A stretch of 64,000 bases of DNA, from the NCBI GenBank assembly GCA_963664015.2, contig CAXXLF010000001.1:352001-416000 (forward strand), written 5' to 3'. Below the pieces are notes generated by a model. That model did not search any database and was not told the DNA's origin. It was given only the letters and a program-made list of their open reading frames with translations. Numbering within the stretch: the stretch's first letter is position 1; every line of letters begins with the position of its first letter. The position numbers were made by a program, and so were the translations under genes. Of the stretch, positions 7,788-17,593 are shown piece by piece. This stretch comes from Candidatus Binatia bacterium (GTDB lineage Bacteria > Desulfobacterota > Binatia > UBA9968 > CAXXLF01).

Positions 7788-8991
7788 GTCGCTGCCGTTG
7801 TAGATATTCGATGAAGAACGCTAAAACAATCCCTAGGCCTAGGCTCAGAACACCGGCAATGATTACATGAGTCCGGGTCTTTGGGCGGGATTTTTGCAAA
7901 GCCGGAATCGCCCGATCCAAGAGTTGCACCACCGCCGTATCTTTGGCCTCCGCGATCTTGGCCTGCACGAGTTGTTGCGTTAGCATCATAAAGACCGCCT
8001 CCTGAACCCGAAGATCCCTGGTGAGCCGAACAAAATCCAGACCTACCTGAGGGAATCTGACGGCCGGCAAATGGAGTTCCTTATTTGTATGCCCAGGATT
8101 GTCTGTCAGAAAAGGGAGATCCAACCCTGCACCAAACTGCGACAGAGCAAGCTGTCTCTTCAATTCCCCGATAGTTCCTTTGAGCTTGATTACTTCAGGG
8201 TTGGATTCAGTGGCAAAGTTTCGTATCATTTGGAGACGAACCTCCGATGCGATGATATCACCCTTAAGCCGCCCATCGATGGAAATGTTCCCTGCCGCCT
8301 GATCCTTCAATGAAATGGCCTTGGTCCTTTCCTGAAATTCCCTCATTGTTTCCTCAGCTCTTTTTAAATGAGCCTGTATTTTTGCTAACTGGCGTTCGAT
8401 AAATATCCGCTCACGTCCCGCAACTCTTGTGCCGAATCGGGCCATCAGTATGTCCAAATGTTTGGGATAAGCGTTGGCTATATCCGCGGCCATTTTCGGG
8501 TCTGTATCCTCAACCTTGATCATGATTAGCCCGCCGTCACTTGCTATACTAATGGAGGTTCCCCCTATCACGGAATTAACAGCATTTTCGATATGCCTAG
8601 ACTTATAATAATCCATGAGATCGAGTTCTTCTACAATGTTTTTGGCTATAATACGACTATTAAGGATACTCCGGAAAAGGTCCGCGTTCGGACGAAACGA
8701 AGAAAACGAGGGAATCGACACGCCGGGGATGTTCTTCCCGGCTCTTGAAGCCGCTATGACGGACAGCAACCCCCCCCCTCTTCCACCCTCCGATGGGCTG
8801 AGAATGGTTGCTGTGGAGATGTAAATTCGTGGGGACATTTTGCTCATGATCAGCGCCCCTGAAACAGAAACTACGAACATGACAGCAATCAACCACTTAT
8901 ATTTCAAAACAACCCACCAATAATCTAGCAGATTAATCTCGTCCTTCTCGGATATTTTCTGGTTTAATTGTTCAGCCATAGTTGTCTCCAA
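7768..8991 (-). CDS. Wzz/GumC-type polysaccharide co-polymerase without a tyrosine-kinase domain
   Basis: DEINLLDYWWVV N-terminus, TM1, coiled-coil, VQLLDRAIPA..KSRPK proline motif, TM2, no Walker A. Likely start is ATG 8979. Confidence 0.85.
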   Translation of the reverse strand: METTMAEQLNQKISEKDEINLLDYWWVVLKYKWLIAVMFVVSVSGALIMSKMSPRIYISTATILSPSEGGRGGGLLSVIAASRAGKNIPGVSIPSFSSFRPNADLFRSILNSRIIAKNIVEELDLMDYYKSRHIENAVNSVIGGTSISIASDGGLIMIKVEDTDPKMAADIANAYPKHLDILMARFGTRVAGRERIFIERQLAKIQAHLKRAEETMREFQERTKAISLKDQAAGNISIDGRLKGDIIASEVRLQMIRNFATESNPEVIKLKGTIGELKRQLALSQFGAGLDLPFLTDNPGHTNKELHLPAVRFPQVGLDFVRLTRDLRVQEAVFMMLTQQLVQAKIAEAKDTAVVQLLDRAIPALQKSRPKTRTHVIIAGVLSLGLGIVLAFFIEYLQRQRRQMANR

Positions 8992-9004
8992 ACCAATCTC
9001 AGAA

Positions 9005-9029
9005 TGTTATTTGTCAATTGTCAAAGGTC
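9005..9029. repeat. Short heptamer array in the export-protein/wzz-like spacer
   Basis: TGTTATT TGTCAAT TGTCAAA GGTC. Confidence 0.5.
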
Positions 9030-9081
9030 GGGTCGTTTGAGTTTTCTAAGGACAATTAATATTACCATGGACTAATCAACC

Positions 9082-11559
9082 CTAGTAGAATATCGCTACC
9101 ATGCTCGCGATGCTAATAGCAACCTGGCCGGCGACGGTTGCGAGTGACTTAATCAGGGCCAGTCTGTCATATTTGATTGACGTGTCAGACGGAGTGACTA
9201 TGACGTCTCCCGGTTCGATATCTCTGAGCTTCATAAAGCCGGCAATCGCGGATCCGTCAGCCTTCAAAAGGTAGATTTCCTTCGGAGCCGCCTGCGGCAA
9301 CAGGCCCCCGGCGCGATTAAGATAGAATTGGAGATCCTTATCCTCCGAATGGAGGACCGCGGTGGGATTTCGAACGCTCCCCAGGACAAGTACGGTCGAT
9401 GGTTTCTGGGGCAACTTGAGTGAATCACCGTCCTCCAGGATGATATCGTTGGCGGACCCTTCGAGCTTGTCTACTTCGTCAAGCCGTATCACGATCCGTC
9501 CTAGCGTAATCTTCGATGCTAAGAGCCTTAGCTGTTCTCTTCTTTGAGGCAAAAGATCATTTTGGGTTTGATCTGCTAGGAGGACTTGTTCCTGCTGATA
9601 CATAAAATCGTTCAGCCTCCTTCGTTCCACTGACTCCACTGACCGCCGTATGAAGACCGAACCTTTTAGAAAAGCCTTATCGGTAAAACCCCCTGCCCGC
9701 CTGATGACTGAACTCAGGTGCTCGCCGCCCGTGACCCTGTAGAGACCGGGTCGAACGACTTCCCCTTCGAGCTTTATCGTGCCCGGCGTCTTGAAGTTGC
9801 TTCGCACCGAGATTAAATCCATTCGCTGAAGGCGGATGTTTTGTGCTTCATCCCCTTCCCACGCCTTACTCAATTCAGCGCTTATAATTTCGGTGGTCAG
9901 ATCTTCCTTGAGCCGGGCAATTTCAACCCGGTCCGAATAGGCTTCAGGTAACAGATTGTCCTTAGCCAAGATGTCGCCCAGACGCATGTCTGACTTTAGC
10001 TCATAGTTCCCTGGATACTTGACCGCCCCCTCCAGCCTTACCGTATTATAAATTCGGGGATCCGTTGGATAAATTTTTACAAAGTCCCCACTGCCCAGGA
10101 TCACTTCTCTTGAGCCATGCCCGTTTCCCCTGTTGCTTGAAAGATCGAGATCGATTACTTCTCTCCCCGCATTCGGTCTCGCCCGTATGACCTGAACACG
10201 CTTCATGTAACTCCGGGGCGTTAATCCTCCGGCCATTTTGATAAGATCCATGATACGTGTCGGCCCGGCGAGCTCGTAGATTGCCGGCCGCATGATTTGT
10301 CCGGCAACCGCAACGCTGGGGCCGATCGGTGGTACAAAGATAGTATCTCCCGATTGTAATTGAAAATCTTTCGTCTTATCGCCACGGAGAAGAAAATCGT
10401 AGAGGTCGACCGTTCCAACCGTATGATTGTTACGCTTGAGCTGTATATTCCTTAGTGAACCAAGCTTCAGCGGACCACCTGCCGCAAACAGTGCGTTCGT
10501 GACTGTAGACAAAGAGCTCAGTGTGAAGGCCCCCGGTTGACAAACTTCACCCACAATATAAACCCGAATAGTCCGAAGCCGTGCCATGGTAACGTTCGCC
10601 TTGAATCCCTTGTAGTAGCGTCCGAGCTGTTTACGGATAATCTCGTCCGCCTGCGAGAATCGGAGCCCCCAAATCCTCAGCGGGCCGGCGCTGGGAAGGG
10701 CGACCTCACCATTTCTGTCCACAGTGAGAATAACCTGGCCCTCCATGGCACCCCAGATGTTCAGCATGAGAGTATCGCCCGGACCCAGAATATAGTTAGG
10801 CCCTACAGGGACATCCTCTACTGGAGCAAATGTGCTTATCGGGGAAGCAAAGAGAGAATAGCCGTATTGGCGAAGGTTCACGGTCTCTCCCGTGTTAAAA
10901 ATAGGTACCCTCATAAACGCGGCTTCGATGGTTGACATTGGTTCGTACAGGAAACCTTCGTCGGATGGAGGGACCATAGCCTGCGCGTCCTGGTCCTTGT
11001 TTTGCGGGGCAGGATTCTTTTCAGTTCGTCTCTGATCCTGCAAATCATTTATCCCGTTCCGTGTTTGGCCCTCCACTTCATACATAAAACCTAAACCAGC
11101 GACACCTTTACGATTGGGTGGAACCCCCATCTGAATTCTATAAGGATCTCGGGGAGACTCCACCAATGGGCCTCCGACCTCCACGGATTCGGCTCTTCGC
11201 TGCGGAATCCTCGGAAGGAAAGGAGGGGGAACTGACACAGCGAGATCACAACGTCTACGTTGCAACTGCAGCCCTTGGAGGTATTCCGTTGATAACTTTT
11301 CGCGCCCCATCGTCGGTGGTTGATAATGGCGATAACCGGGAGGATACACCGGGCTCATACCCGAACCAAAAAAACCTTGCGATCGAGACGCCCGCGGGTT
11401 ATACGGGGATGAGCCAAGATAGGGCCCCAGAAATTGACCCCGCCGTGAATTACCCATTCCGTCATCGCCTGGGAGGTTGCCTTGTGCATTGGCTTGGTAA
11501 CTTGCAATCAGCAAGAGTCCCAACACCATCCCAAACACGAATGATCCCTTAAATTTCAT
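9082..11559 (-). CDS. Multi-SLBB polysaccharide export protein (Wza/KpsD/OtnA-like)
   Basis: Signal peptide, YILGPGDTL poly-export motif, repeated GEVxxPG and L..AGG SLBB units, C-terminal amphipathic helix. SD GGAGG upstream. Confidence 0.9.
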   Translation of the reverse strand: MKFKGSFVFGMVLGLLLIASYQANAQGNLPGDDGMGNSRRGQFLGPYLGSSPYNPRASRSQGFFGSGMSPVYPPGYRHYQPPTMGREKLSTEYLQGLQLQRRRCDLAVSVPPPFLPRIPQRRAESVEVGGPLVESPRDPYRIQMGVPPNRKGVAGLGFMYEVEGQTRNGINDLQDQRRTEKNPAPQNKDQDAQAMVPPSDEGFLYEPMSTIEAAFMRVPIFNTGETVNLRQYGYSLFASPISTFAPVEDVPVGPNYILGPGDTLMLNIWGAMEGQVILTVDRNGEVALPSAGPLRIWGLRFSQADEIIRKQLGRYYKGFKANVTMARLRTIRVYIVGEVCQPGAFTLSSLSTVTNALFAAGGPLKLGSLRNIQLKRNNHTVGTVDLYDFLLRGDKTKDFQLQSGDTIFVPPIGPSVAVAGQIMRPAIYELAGPTRIMDLIKMAGGLTPRSYMKRVQVIRARPNAGREVIDLDLSSNRGNGHGSREVILGSGDFVKIYPTDPRIYNTVRLEGAVKYPGNYELKSDMRLGDILAKDNLLPEAYSDRVEIARLKEDLTTEIISAELSKAWEGDEAQNIRLQRMDLISVRSNFKTPGTIKLEGEVVRPGLYRVTGGEHLSSVIRRAGGFTDKAFLKGSVFIRRSVESVERRRLNDFMYQQEQVLLADQTQNDLLPQRREQLRLLASKITLGRIVIRLDEVDKLEGSANDIILEDGDSLKLPQKPSTVLVLGSVRNPTAVLHSEDKDLQFYLNRAGGLLPQAAPKEIYLLKADGSAIAGFMKLRDIEPGDVIVTPSDTSIKYDRLALIKSLATVAGQVAISIASMVAIFY

Positions 11560-11889
11560 ACTACCTCCTGTCCTAGCCGTAATGATAAACTAACCATAGC
11601 GCTGCTTCTTTCGACATATCGATGATGGAGCAGGTCGATCGGGCACTACCCGCTGTTCATCGGAAAGAAAACCAAGAATATTACAAATGATCGACTGATC
11701 GTTCGAGGAAAAGAATTATTCCAACAATGCACTATATCGGAAGTGATCGTAATCGGTAGAAATACTTATTGCAGCGTCATGGTCACAACAGCCACAGCCT
11801 TGTCGAAATAATCTTGTTGTAGGTCCAACTATCTATTTATTTAATAGATAACAGTCTAGACTTTATATCCTCTCCGACCCCTGTCCCTC

Positions 11890-12573
11890 TCACCGACGGT
11901 TGGGTCGAACGGGAAAACCAGCCCACACATTCATCATCCCGAGAACCTCCCGGGAGACAGCAAGAGCGTCCTGGGTATGCCTCCACCAGCGCTCCGGCTG
12001 GTAAGGGTCTTCCTTAGAGTATCGTACCATCGCACGCGGCGAGTTGCCGATTAATGCCCGCCAGGTGGCCCGCACTCTTCGGCTGTGCGGCTTGGAGGTA
12101 ACCAGAATGGCTTTTCGTTCACCCAGGCGTGTCAGTTCACGAGCAATAACCTTTAATTCGCCTACCGTGTTCCGAGCCCCTATATCCAGCAATCGAATTG
12201 CGCTCTCAGGTACCCCTAACCGCTCCAACACTTCTCGATTATATGTTTGCTCGGACGTAACGTGGATTCCCACACGCTCCAAAGCCGTCTCTTCCGTCGT
12301 TTCCTCTGTCTTAGTCAACCATACCTCTGGGGCCCACCCTTGACGGTAAATAGACGCGGCTTCCATGGCGCGAAATGGAATATGACCTGAAAGGACGACA
12401 ATGGTTCGAGCATGATCCAGCGGATCCGCTATCACCAGCCAGCGCCCCAGGAGACTGAGTCCGGGGACCGTAAAAGCGGCGAGCCCAAGCAGGATAATCA
12501 CGGGAATGAATACACGCCGCCACCTGGCTATCTTTATCCCCGATAGCAGACTTTTCGATAGGACATATCCCAT
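11890..12573 (-). CDS. YdcF/ElyC (DUF218) family membrane protein
   Basis: N-terminal TM, IVVLSG, ARNT, ILVTSKPHSRR, C-terminal RE motif. Confidence 0.8.
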   Translation of the reverse strand: MGYVLSKSLLSGIKIARWRRVFIPVIILLGLAAFTVPGLSLLGRWLVIADPLDHARTIVVLSGHIPFRAMEAASIYRQGWAPEVWLTKTEETTEETALERVGIHVTSEQTYNREVLERLGVPESAIRLLDIGARNTVGELKVIARELTRLGERKAILVTSKPHSRRVRATWRALIGNSPRAMVRYSKEDPYQPERWWRHTQDALAVSREVLGMMNVWAGFPVRPNRR

Positions 12574-12669
12574 TGTCTCTAAATGTTTCAGTTTTCCGGT
12601 CCCACTTGGTAAAATTCACCCCCAAATACTCTTCTTCTTTTTCACTGCCACCCATTGTCTTAAAACTTA

Positions 12670-13464
12670 TTAGAATTTTCTCCCTCTGTTCTCCCATTTC
12701 CCGTGAAAAGTGATCCAAAAAGATAGAGCTATTAGCTTCAGGTCCAACCAGAAGTTTTGTTTTTTTATGTAAAGCCGGTCGTATACGAATTTTTGTCTTC
12801 GAAGAACATCCCTCGGAGCATAGATTTGCGCCATACCGGTAAGACCTGGTGGCACTTGATGTCGCACTTCGTAACCCGGGATCTCCTCTATTCGAATTAC
12901 TTTTCCGCTCCCATTAACCTCAATCTCTTCAGGAACTAAAGCTCGTGGACCAACGAAACTCATATCACCAATTAAAATATTCCACAGTTGAGGCAACTCG
13001 TCCAAAGCCGTTGCACGCAAGATCTTTCCAACGTTGGTAATTCGGTTATCGTTTTCGGCCGCCTGCAACGGTCCGAACCTCTCATCAGAATCAGGGACCA
13101 TGGAACGGAATTTCCAGCTTCTAAATGTCCTTCCTTGCAGTCCAACCCTCTTCTGATCATAAAAGATCGGACCACCATCTTCCACCTTAATGCAGACCGC
13201 AACAATGCCCCAGAAGGGCAAAGACCCAAGCAACCCCAATCCCGCCAGCCCCAAATCGAATATCCGCTTGGTTCTTGAAAAATGGCATGCATGCTTGAAT
13301 GCACTGCTCTCGCCCCGAGTCGAGCCAAAATCTCTATATCCAGCTTCCTTCCTAACGGAAGGTATCGCCGCTGAGTCTCCCATCGTTCGGGTTTCATTTT
13401 GATAGAGCACACACTCGGCATTTCCATTCGGTCGAATCTTAAGCGGTTCGAATTCCTTGTTCAC
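12670..13464 (-). CDS. Initiating monotopic phosphoglycosyl transferase (bacterial sugar transferase)
   Basis: KRIFD, KFRSM, LDELPQLWNILIGDMSFVGPR, PGLTGMAQ, FWLDLKLI. Confidence 0.92.
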   Translation of the reverse strand: MNKEFEPLKIRPNGNAECVLYQNETRTMGDSAAIPSVRKEAGYRDFGSTRGESSAFKHACHFSRTKRIFDLGLAGLGLLGSLPFWGIVAVCIKVEDGGPIFYDQKRVGLQGRTFRSWKFRSMVPDSDERFGPLQAAENDNRITNVGKILRATALDELPQLWNILIGDMSFVGPRALVPEEIEVNGSGKVIRIEEIPGYEVRHQVPPGLTGMAQIYAPRDVLRRQKFVYDRLYIKKQNFWLDLKLIALSFWITFHGKWENRGRKF

Positions 13465-14696
13465 TATTTACCCCTGTTTGCATGAGCCTGAAAGAATATT
13501 TTCTCATACTGCTGCATTACCTTTTCCTTCGAAAAGTGACATTGAAGATAGGCTCGTCCATTTTCTCCTAAAGAGTCGCGTTCGCGCTGTGTGAGCCCCG
13601 ATAGATGTAACACGGCCTTCGACATCTCTTTTGGGTCTCCGGGTGGAACCACAAGCCCGGCTTTTGCCTGAGTAAGTAACCTGGCTCCTTCTCCGTTCAT
13701 CGCCATGATAATAGGCCGGCCACTGGCTAGGTAGGCCAAGGTTTTTCCGGGGATTACAAGGTCGAGCATACCAGGCTCCTTGAGGTGCACCAGAAGGATA
13801 TCTGCACAAGATAAAAACGTTGGGATATCGGATATGGGCTGGCTTTCAATAAACAACACGTTTTGCAACGCCAGCTCTTTGACGAGCAAAACTAATCGTT
13901 CGCGATCAATCCCATCACCAACCAAAACAAATATGATATCTTTATTTTCGCGTAGTATCTCGGCACAACAGACAACGGTTTCCAGCCCTTGCAGATAACC
14001 CATATTGCCGGTGTACATAATTACCAACCGATCGCCCAGTCTATACCGAGCTCGAATATCAAGATCTTTACCCCTGGAGTCAAGAGTAAACCGAGCAATA
14101 TCTACCCATAGTCCAGCAGCTGTGATTTTATCAGGAGGAACCCCCTTATTGACCAGATTGTTCTTGGCTCCGGACGTTACAACAAGCAGGTGTTCCGCTC
14201 TTTTATAGACGAATCTCTCCATTTGGTGGATCGCACGAACCACTAGGGGATTGCTAATCTTTCCTGCTGCAATAAGACTTTCCGGCCAGATGTCTTGCAC
14301 ATCGTAAACGAAAGGCGCACGTTTCACGAACCCTATTAGCCATGCCGCGATACCGATAGTAAGCGGTGGGTGCCAAACATAGATCAAATCACACGGCGGA
14401 GAAAAACAACCTGCCACCATTGCCGAGAGCAAAAAGGAAAAGTAGCTTACAATCCGGCCCAATGCCGAATGCCCATGATAGGGAAACACAATACATCGAA
14501 TGACCGGGACACCATCCACGTCTTCCCTTTGGAATAAACGCAGCCTGTACCCCGCATATACCCGGCCCAGGGGATAGTTTGGAATACCGGTGATAACTGA
14601 TACGGTGTGGCCACGCTTGGTTAGGGCACAGGCCAGGTCGGACGGCTTTGGAACCGGCTCCGGGTCATAATATTGTGACAGAATCAGTATCCGCAT
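13464..14696 (-). CDS. GT4 glycosyltransferase, WbuB-like
   Basis: MRILILSQYYDPEP, PNYP.G, YDVQDIWPES, YTGNMG..QGL, IPGKTLAYLASGRPII. Start taken at ATG 14696. Confidence 0.88.
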   Translation of the reverse strand: MRILILSQYYDPEPVPKPSDLACALTKRGHTVSVITGIPNYPLGRVYAGYRLRLFQREDVDGVPVIRCIVFPYHGHSALGRIVSYFSFLLSAMVAGCFSPPCDLIYVWHPPLTIGIAAWLIGFVKRAPFVYDVQDIWPESLIAAGKISNPLVVRAIHQMERFVYKRAEHLLVVTSGAKNNLVNKGVPPDKITAAGLWVDIARFTLDSRGKDLDIRARYRLGDRLVIMYTGNMGYLQGLETVVCCAEILRENKDIIFVLVGDGIDRERLVLLVKELALQNVLFIESQPISDIPTFLSCADILLVHLKEPGMLDLVIPGKTLAYLASGRPIIMAMNGEGARLLTQAKAGLVVPPGDPKEMSKAVLHLSGLTQRERDSLGENGRAYLQCHFSKEKVMQQYEKIFFQAHANRGK

Positions 14697-14750
14697 CGAA
14701 GTCCAAAAAAGCGAACACGGCACAATTCAACACACTTCATCATTAAGACT

Positions 14751-16292
14751 TCATGAGACATCCGCCTCCAAGGAGTTGAAGCCGGTGCTTTCCTTATTTT
14801 TCACGAATTCAGATCGATTGATGAGCTTCCAAGCGATGGTTCGGACACGCTCCAGCGTGTCGGCAGAAACAGGAGTGTTTTTCAAAATAGAACTCGTCCA
14901 TTTCATCGCATCAGGGTCAAAATCGGGGGAAAGGTAACCTTCCCGGATCACCATATCGAAGAGGCCTGTTCCCGGAAAGGGCACTATGATAAAGAATGAG
15001 GCCGCGGCCAATCCTTCCTCGACATGCCGCTTTGCCATCATAATGGTTTCCATCATCTCTTCGAACGTCTCATCTGGGTACCCGATAGTATAATTACCGA
15101 GAGGCGTAATCCCCAGATCTCGCGCGAGACGGATAAGAGCCGATGTATTCGTCCTGTTAATCCTCCATTTGTTCGAAGCATACTTATTAATAATTCGCTG
15201 GCTTCCGGATTCAAAAGGCAAGGTTAGTAATTTAAATCCGCAATCCGCCATCGCTCCCATCAACTCCTTGTCCACCACAAGGTTCCCATTTCCTGAATTC
15301 TTAAATAGATGACACAGGTTAACGCCATTCACATCCACCAAATTTAGGTTTTTCGATTTCAGTGCCTGAAATATTTTAATAATTCGAGCTTTCTTGGCTA
15401 ACAGGCTGTCATCCTCAAAAAACAGGTACTCGACGCCCAAATCTTTCAAAATATCGATTTCATCCATTACCCTCTCGAACGACTTCATCCGAAAGTTTCC
15501 GATTTCTCCCGCAGGGGATCCTTCCTTTTCCTTCGAGATATGGCAGTAAAGGCATGAAAAAGGACACCCCCTCGTAGTCATCATGGACGCATACTGGATC
15601 CTCATTCCAGGGGCGAAATCCCCGCCGTGAGGCCTTGAGATATCCCAATACTTATTCATCGGTAAAAGATCCCAGGCTGGAAAGGGGAGTTGATCCAGGT
15701 CGTAAACGATATCTTTCGTATCGTTAAACACTACGTTACCATCGTTTTTGACAGCTATGCCTGATATTCTCGAAAAATCGCGGCTGCCATCCCGTAACGT
15801 ATTCCCGATTTGTACTATAGTTTTCTCCGCCTCCGAAAGGCAAATTACATCCACCCCGCTATCGAAGAACCGCTCCGCAAGATAACGGGCATTAACACCG
15901 CCTGCAATGATTAGTTTAGTCGGATCTATTTCCTTAATTAATTTAACCAGGTCCAACACCATGGTTGTTTGCATCGTGAAAATCGAGGAAATCCCTACGA
16001 CGTCATAATCTGCGATCTCCGCTGCGATACGCTCTTTCGACATTCCCACTCGGACGAATCCGCTTGGAAGCATGATAGGATGATAAAAGGTATCTTTTAG
16101 ATCGTCCTTCTCATTACCAACGCAGGCATCCAGGATCTTCACCTCAAATTGCGCTTCCCTTAAAGCCCCGGCAATATATGGAAGACTTAGAGAACCATCG
16201 GGCTTTACTGAATCTTGCGCCGCAAATTGGAGCGGCGAATACATGAGCATAAATCGTGGCTCACGCTTTACGCTTAACGGGCTTATACTCAT
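14751..16292 (-). CDS. Cobalamin-binding radical SAM protein
   Basis: N-terminal B12-binding domain (DVVGISSIF...IIAGG), TTRGCPFSCLYC, FEDD, ESGSQR, IGYPDET, PFPGT. Confidence 0.9.
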   Translation of the reverse strand: MSISPLSVKREPRFMLMYSPLQFAAQDSVKPDGSLSLPYIAGALREAQFEVKILDACVGNEKDDLKDTFYHPIMLPSGFVRVGMSKERIAAEIADYDVVGISSIFTMQTTMVLDLVKLIKEIDPTKLIIAGGVNARYLAERFFDSGVDVICLSEAEKTIVQIGNTLRDGSRDFSRISGIAVKNDGNVVFNDTKDIVYDLDQLPFPAWDLLPMNKYWDISRPHGGDFAPGMRIQYASMMTTRGCPFSCLYCHISKEKEGSPAGEIGNFRMKSFERVMDEIDILKDLGVEYLFFEDDSLLAKKARIIKIFQALKSKNLNLVDVNGVNLCHLFKNSGNGNLVVDKELMGAMADCGFKLLTLPFESGSQRIINKYASNKWRINRTNTSALIRLARDLGITPLGNYTIGYPDETFEEMMETIMMAKRHVEEGLAAASFFIIVPFPGTGLFDMVIREGYLSPDFDPDAMKWTSSILKNTPVSADTLERVRTIAWKLINRSEFVKNKESTGFNSLEADVS

Positions 16293-16322
16293 CTAAGAAC
16301 CCCCTTCCCGTGGAACAATCGC

Positions 16323-17525
16323 CTAATCATCGAGCGACCGTTTCCATCCTCCCCCAACTATTTCCAAAGGATCAATAAAGGTACTGTATGCCAGCTGCTT
16401 GTGTCGATCAACCAAAGGCGGGTGGAATTCCCTATTGACGATCTCCTTTTCCAGCGAACAGAGGTGCCGAACGATTCTCTCGCTGGTTTTTCCATCACCG
16501 ATGCAATGTTTCCAGATTCGGGAACGCTGAACCATCTCGCTACTTGCAGAGACAATATCCTTCGCCCGGTTACCTACCAGCATGCAGCCTCCAGCTTCGA
16601 TGGTTTCCGGACGTTCGGTGCTCAATCTGGGAACCACGCAGGGCACCTGCAGAATACTAGCCTCTTCCTGGACGGTACCGCTATCTGATATGATCAGAGC
16701 TGCCTGTTGTTCCGCGTTAAGAAAATCCATAAATCCTATGGGATCCGATGTAATGATGGCCGGCGACAGAGTGACCTTAAATTCTTTCAGTCGGTTCTGC
16801 GTTCTGTAGGACATGGGAAAATACACGGGCATCCCGAGTTTTTTACTGGTTTCGTCGAGCCCCATCATAAGTTGTTGCAAGACCGCCTCATCGTCGACAT
16901 TTTCTTCCCGATGCAGGGTTGTCAAAATAAACTTCCTTGTAGATAATTGCAGCTTTTCCATAAGACGGGACTTAGCACCTGCTCGGTCCCGCCAGATCCT
17001 GAGGATATCCACAATGGGGTTCCCCACCACGAAAACCTTATTGCCGGGAATACCTTCCAATAGCAGGTTTTCCTTATAACGGTGAGTATATACAAAGATA
17101 TAGTCAGAAATATGATCGACAATCACACGGTTCTTTTCTTCAGGCATGCGCCAGTCGTAGCTGCGCATTCCGCCCTCGATTCGGGCGACTTTGACGTGAC
17201 ATTTGGCGGCTGATATCGCAGCAAGGGCTGAATTATTATCCCCCAGAAACAAACAAAGATCCGGCTTCGTATCCATTATGAGCTTTTCTGTTTCTATCAA
17301 AGCTCTCGCAACCTGCTCCGCGTGAGTTCCGCTTCCTATTCCAAAGTTAAAATCGGGCGCCCTTAACTCAAGCTCCTCGAAAAATACTCCGTCCATATTG
17401 TGGCTATAATGTTGCCCCGTATGTACGAGGATGTGTTCTACCTTTGGCGCAGCATCCAGCCCCTTGATAACCTCGCTCATGCGGATAAAATCAGGGCGTA
17501 TACCCAAAATAGTCATAACTCTCAT
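16323..17525 (-). CDS. wecB: Non-hydrolysing UDP-GlcNAc 2-epimerase family (FnlC/QnlB-like)
   Basis: GIRPDFIR, HTGQHY, EGGMRS...MPEEKNR, TLHREEN, SDSGTVQEEA, TERPE. Confidence 0.88.
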   Translation of the reverse strand: MRVMTILGIRPDFIRMSEVIKGLDAAPKVEHILVHTGQHYSHNMDGVFFEELELRAPDFNFGIGSGTHAEQVARALIETEKLIMDTKPDLCLFLGDNNSALAAISAAKCHVKVARIEGGMRSYDWRMPEEKNRVIVDHISDYIFVYTHRYKENLLLEGIPGNKVFVVGNPIVDILRIWRDRAGAKSRLMEKLQLSTRKFILTTLHREENVDDEAVLQQLMMGLDETSKKLGMPVYFPMSYRTQNRLKEFKVTLSPAIITSDPIGFMDFLNAEQQAALIISDSGTVQEEASILQVPCVVPRLSTERPETIEAGGCMLVGNRAKDIVSASSEMVQRSRIWKHCIGDGKTSERIVRHLCSLEKEIVNREFHPPLVDRHKQLAYSTFIDPLEIVGGGWKRSLDD

Positions 17526-17593
17526 GGTTTTCCTCCCCCCCCACCTTACAGCACATCAAAGGAGCCTGAATAAATAGGTGTCAATTTAAATCT

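Noticed and set aside
11641-11660. ops/JUMPstart-like element (minus strand GCGGGTAGTG)
   Set aside because: Only a partial match to GGCGGTAG, with no supporting JUMPstart context.
12570-12660. 10-bp direct repeat CCCATTGTCT flanking an intergenic segment (possible target-site duplication)
   Set aside because: Single short match with no element between the copies; compatible with chance or a duplicated start region.
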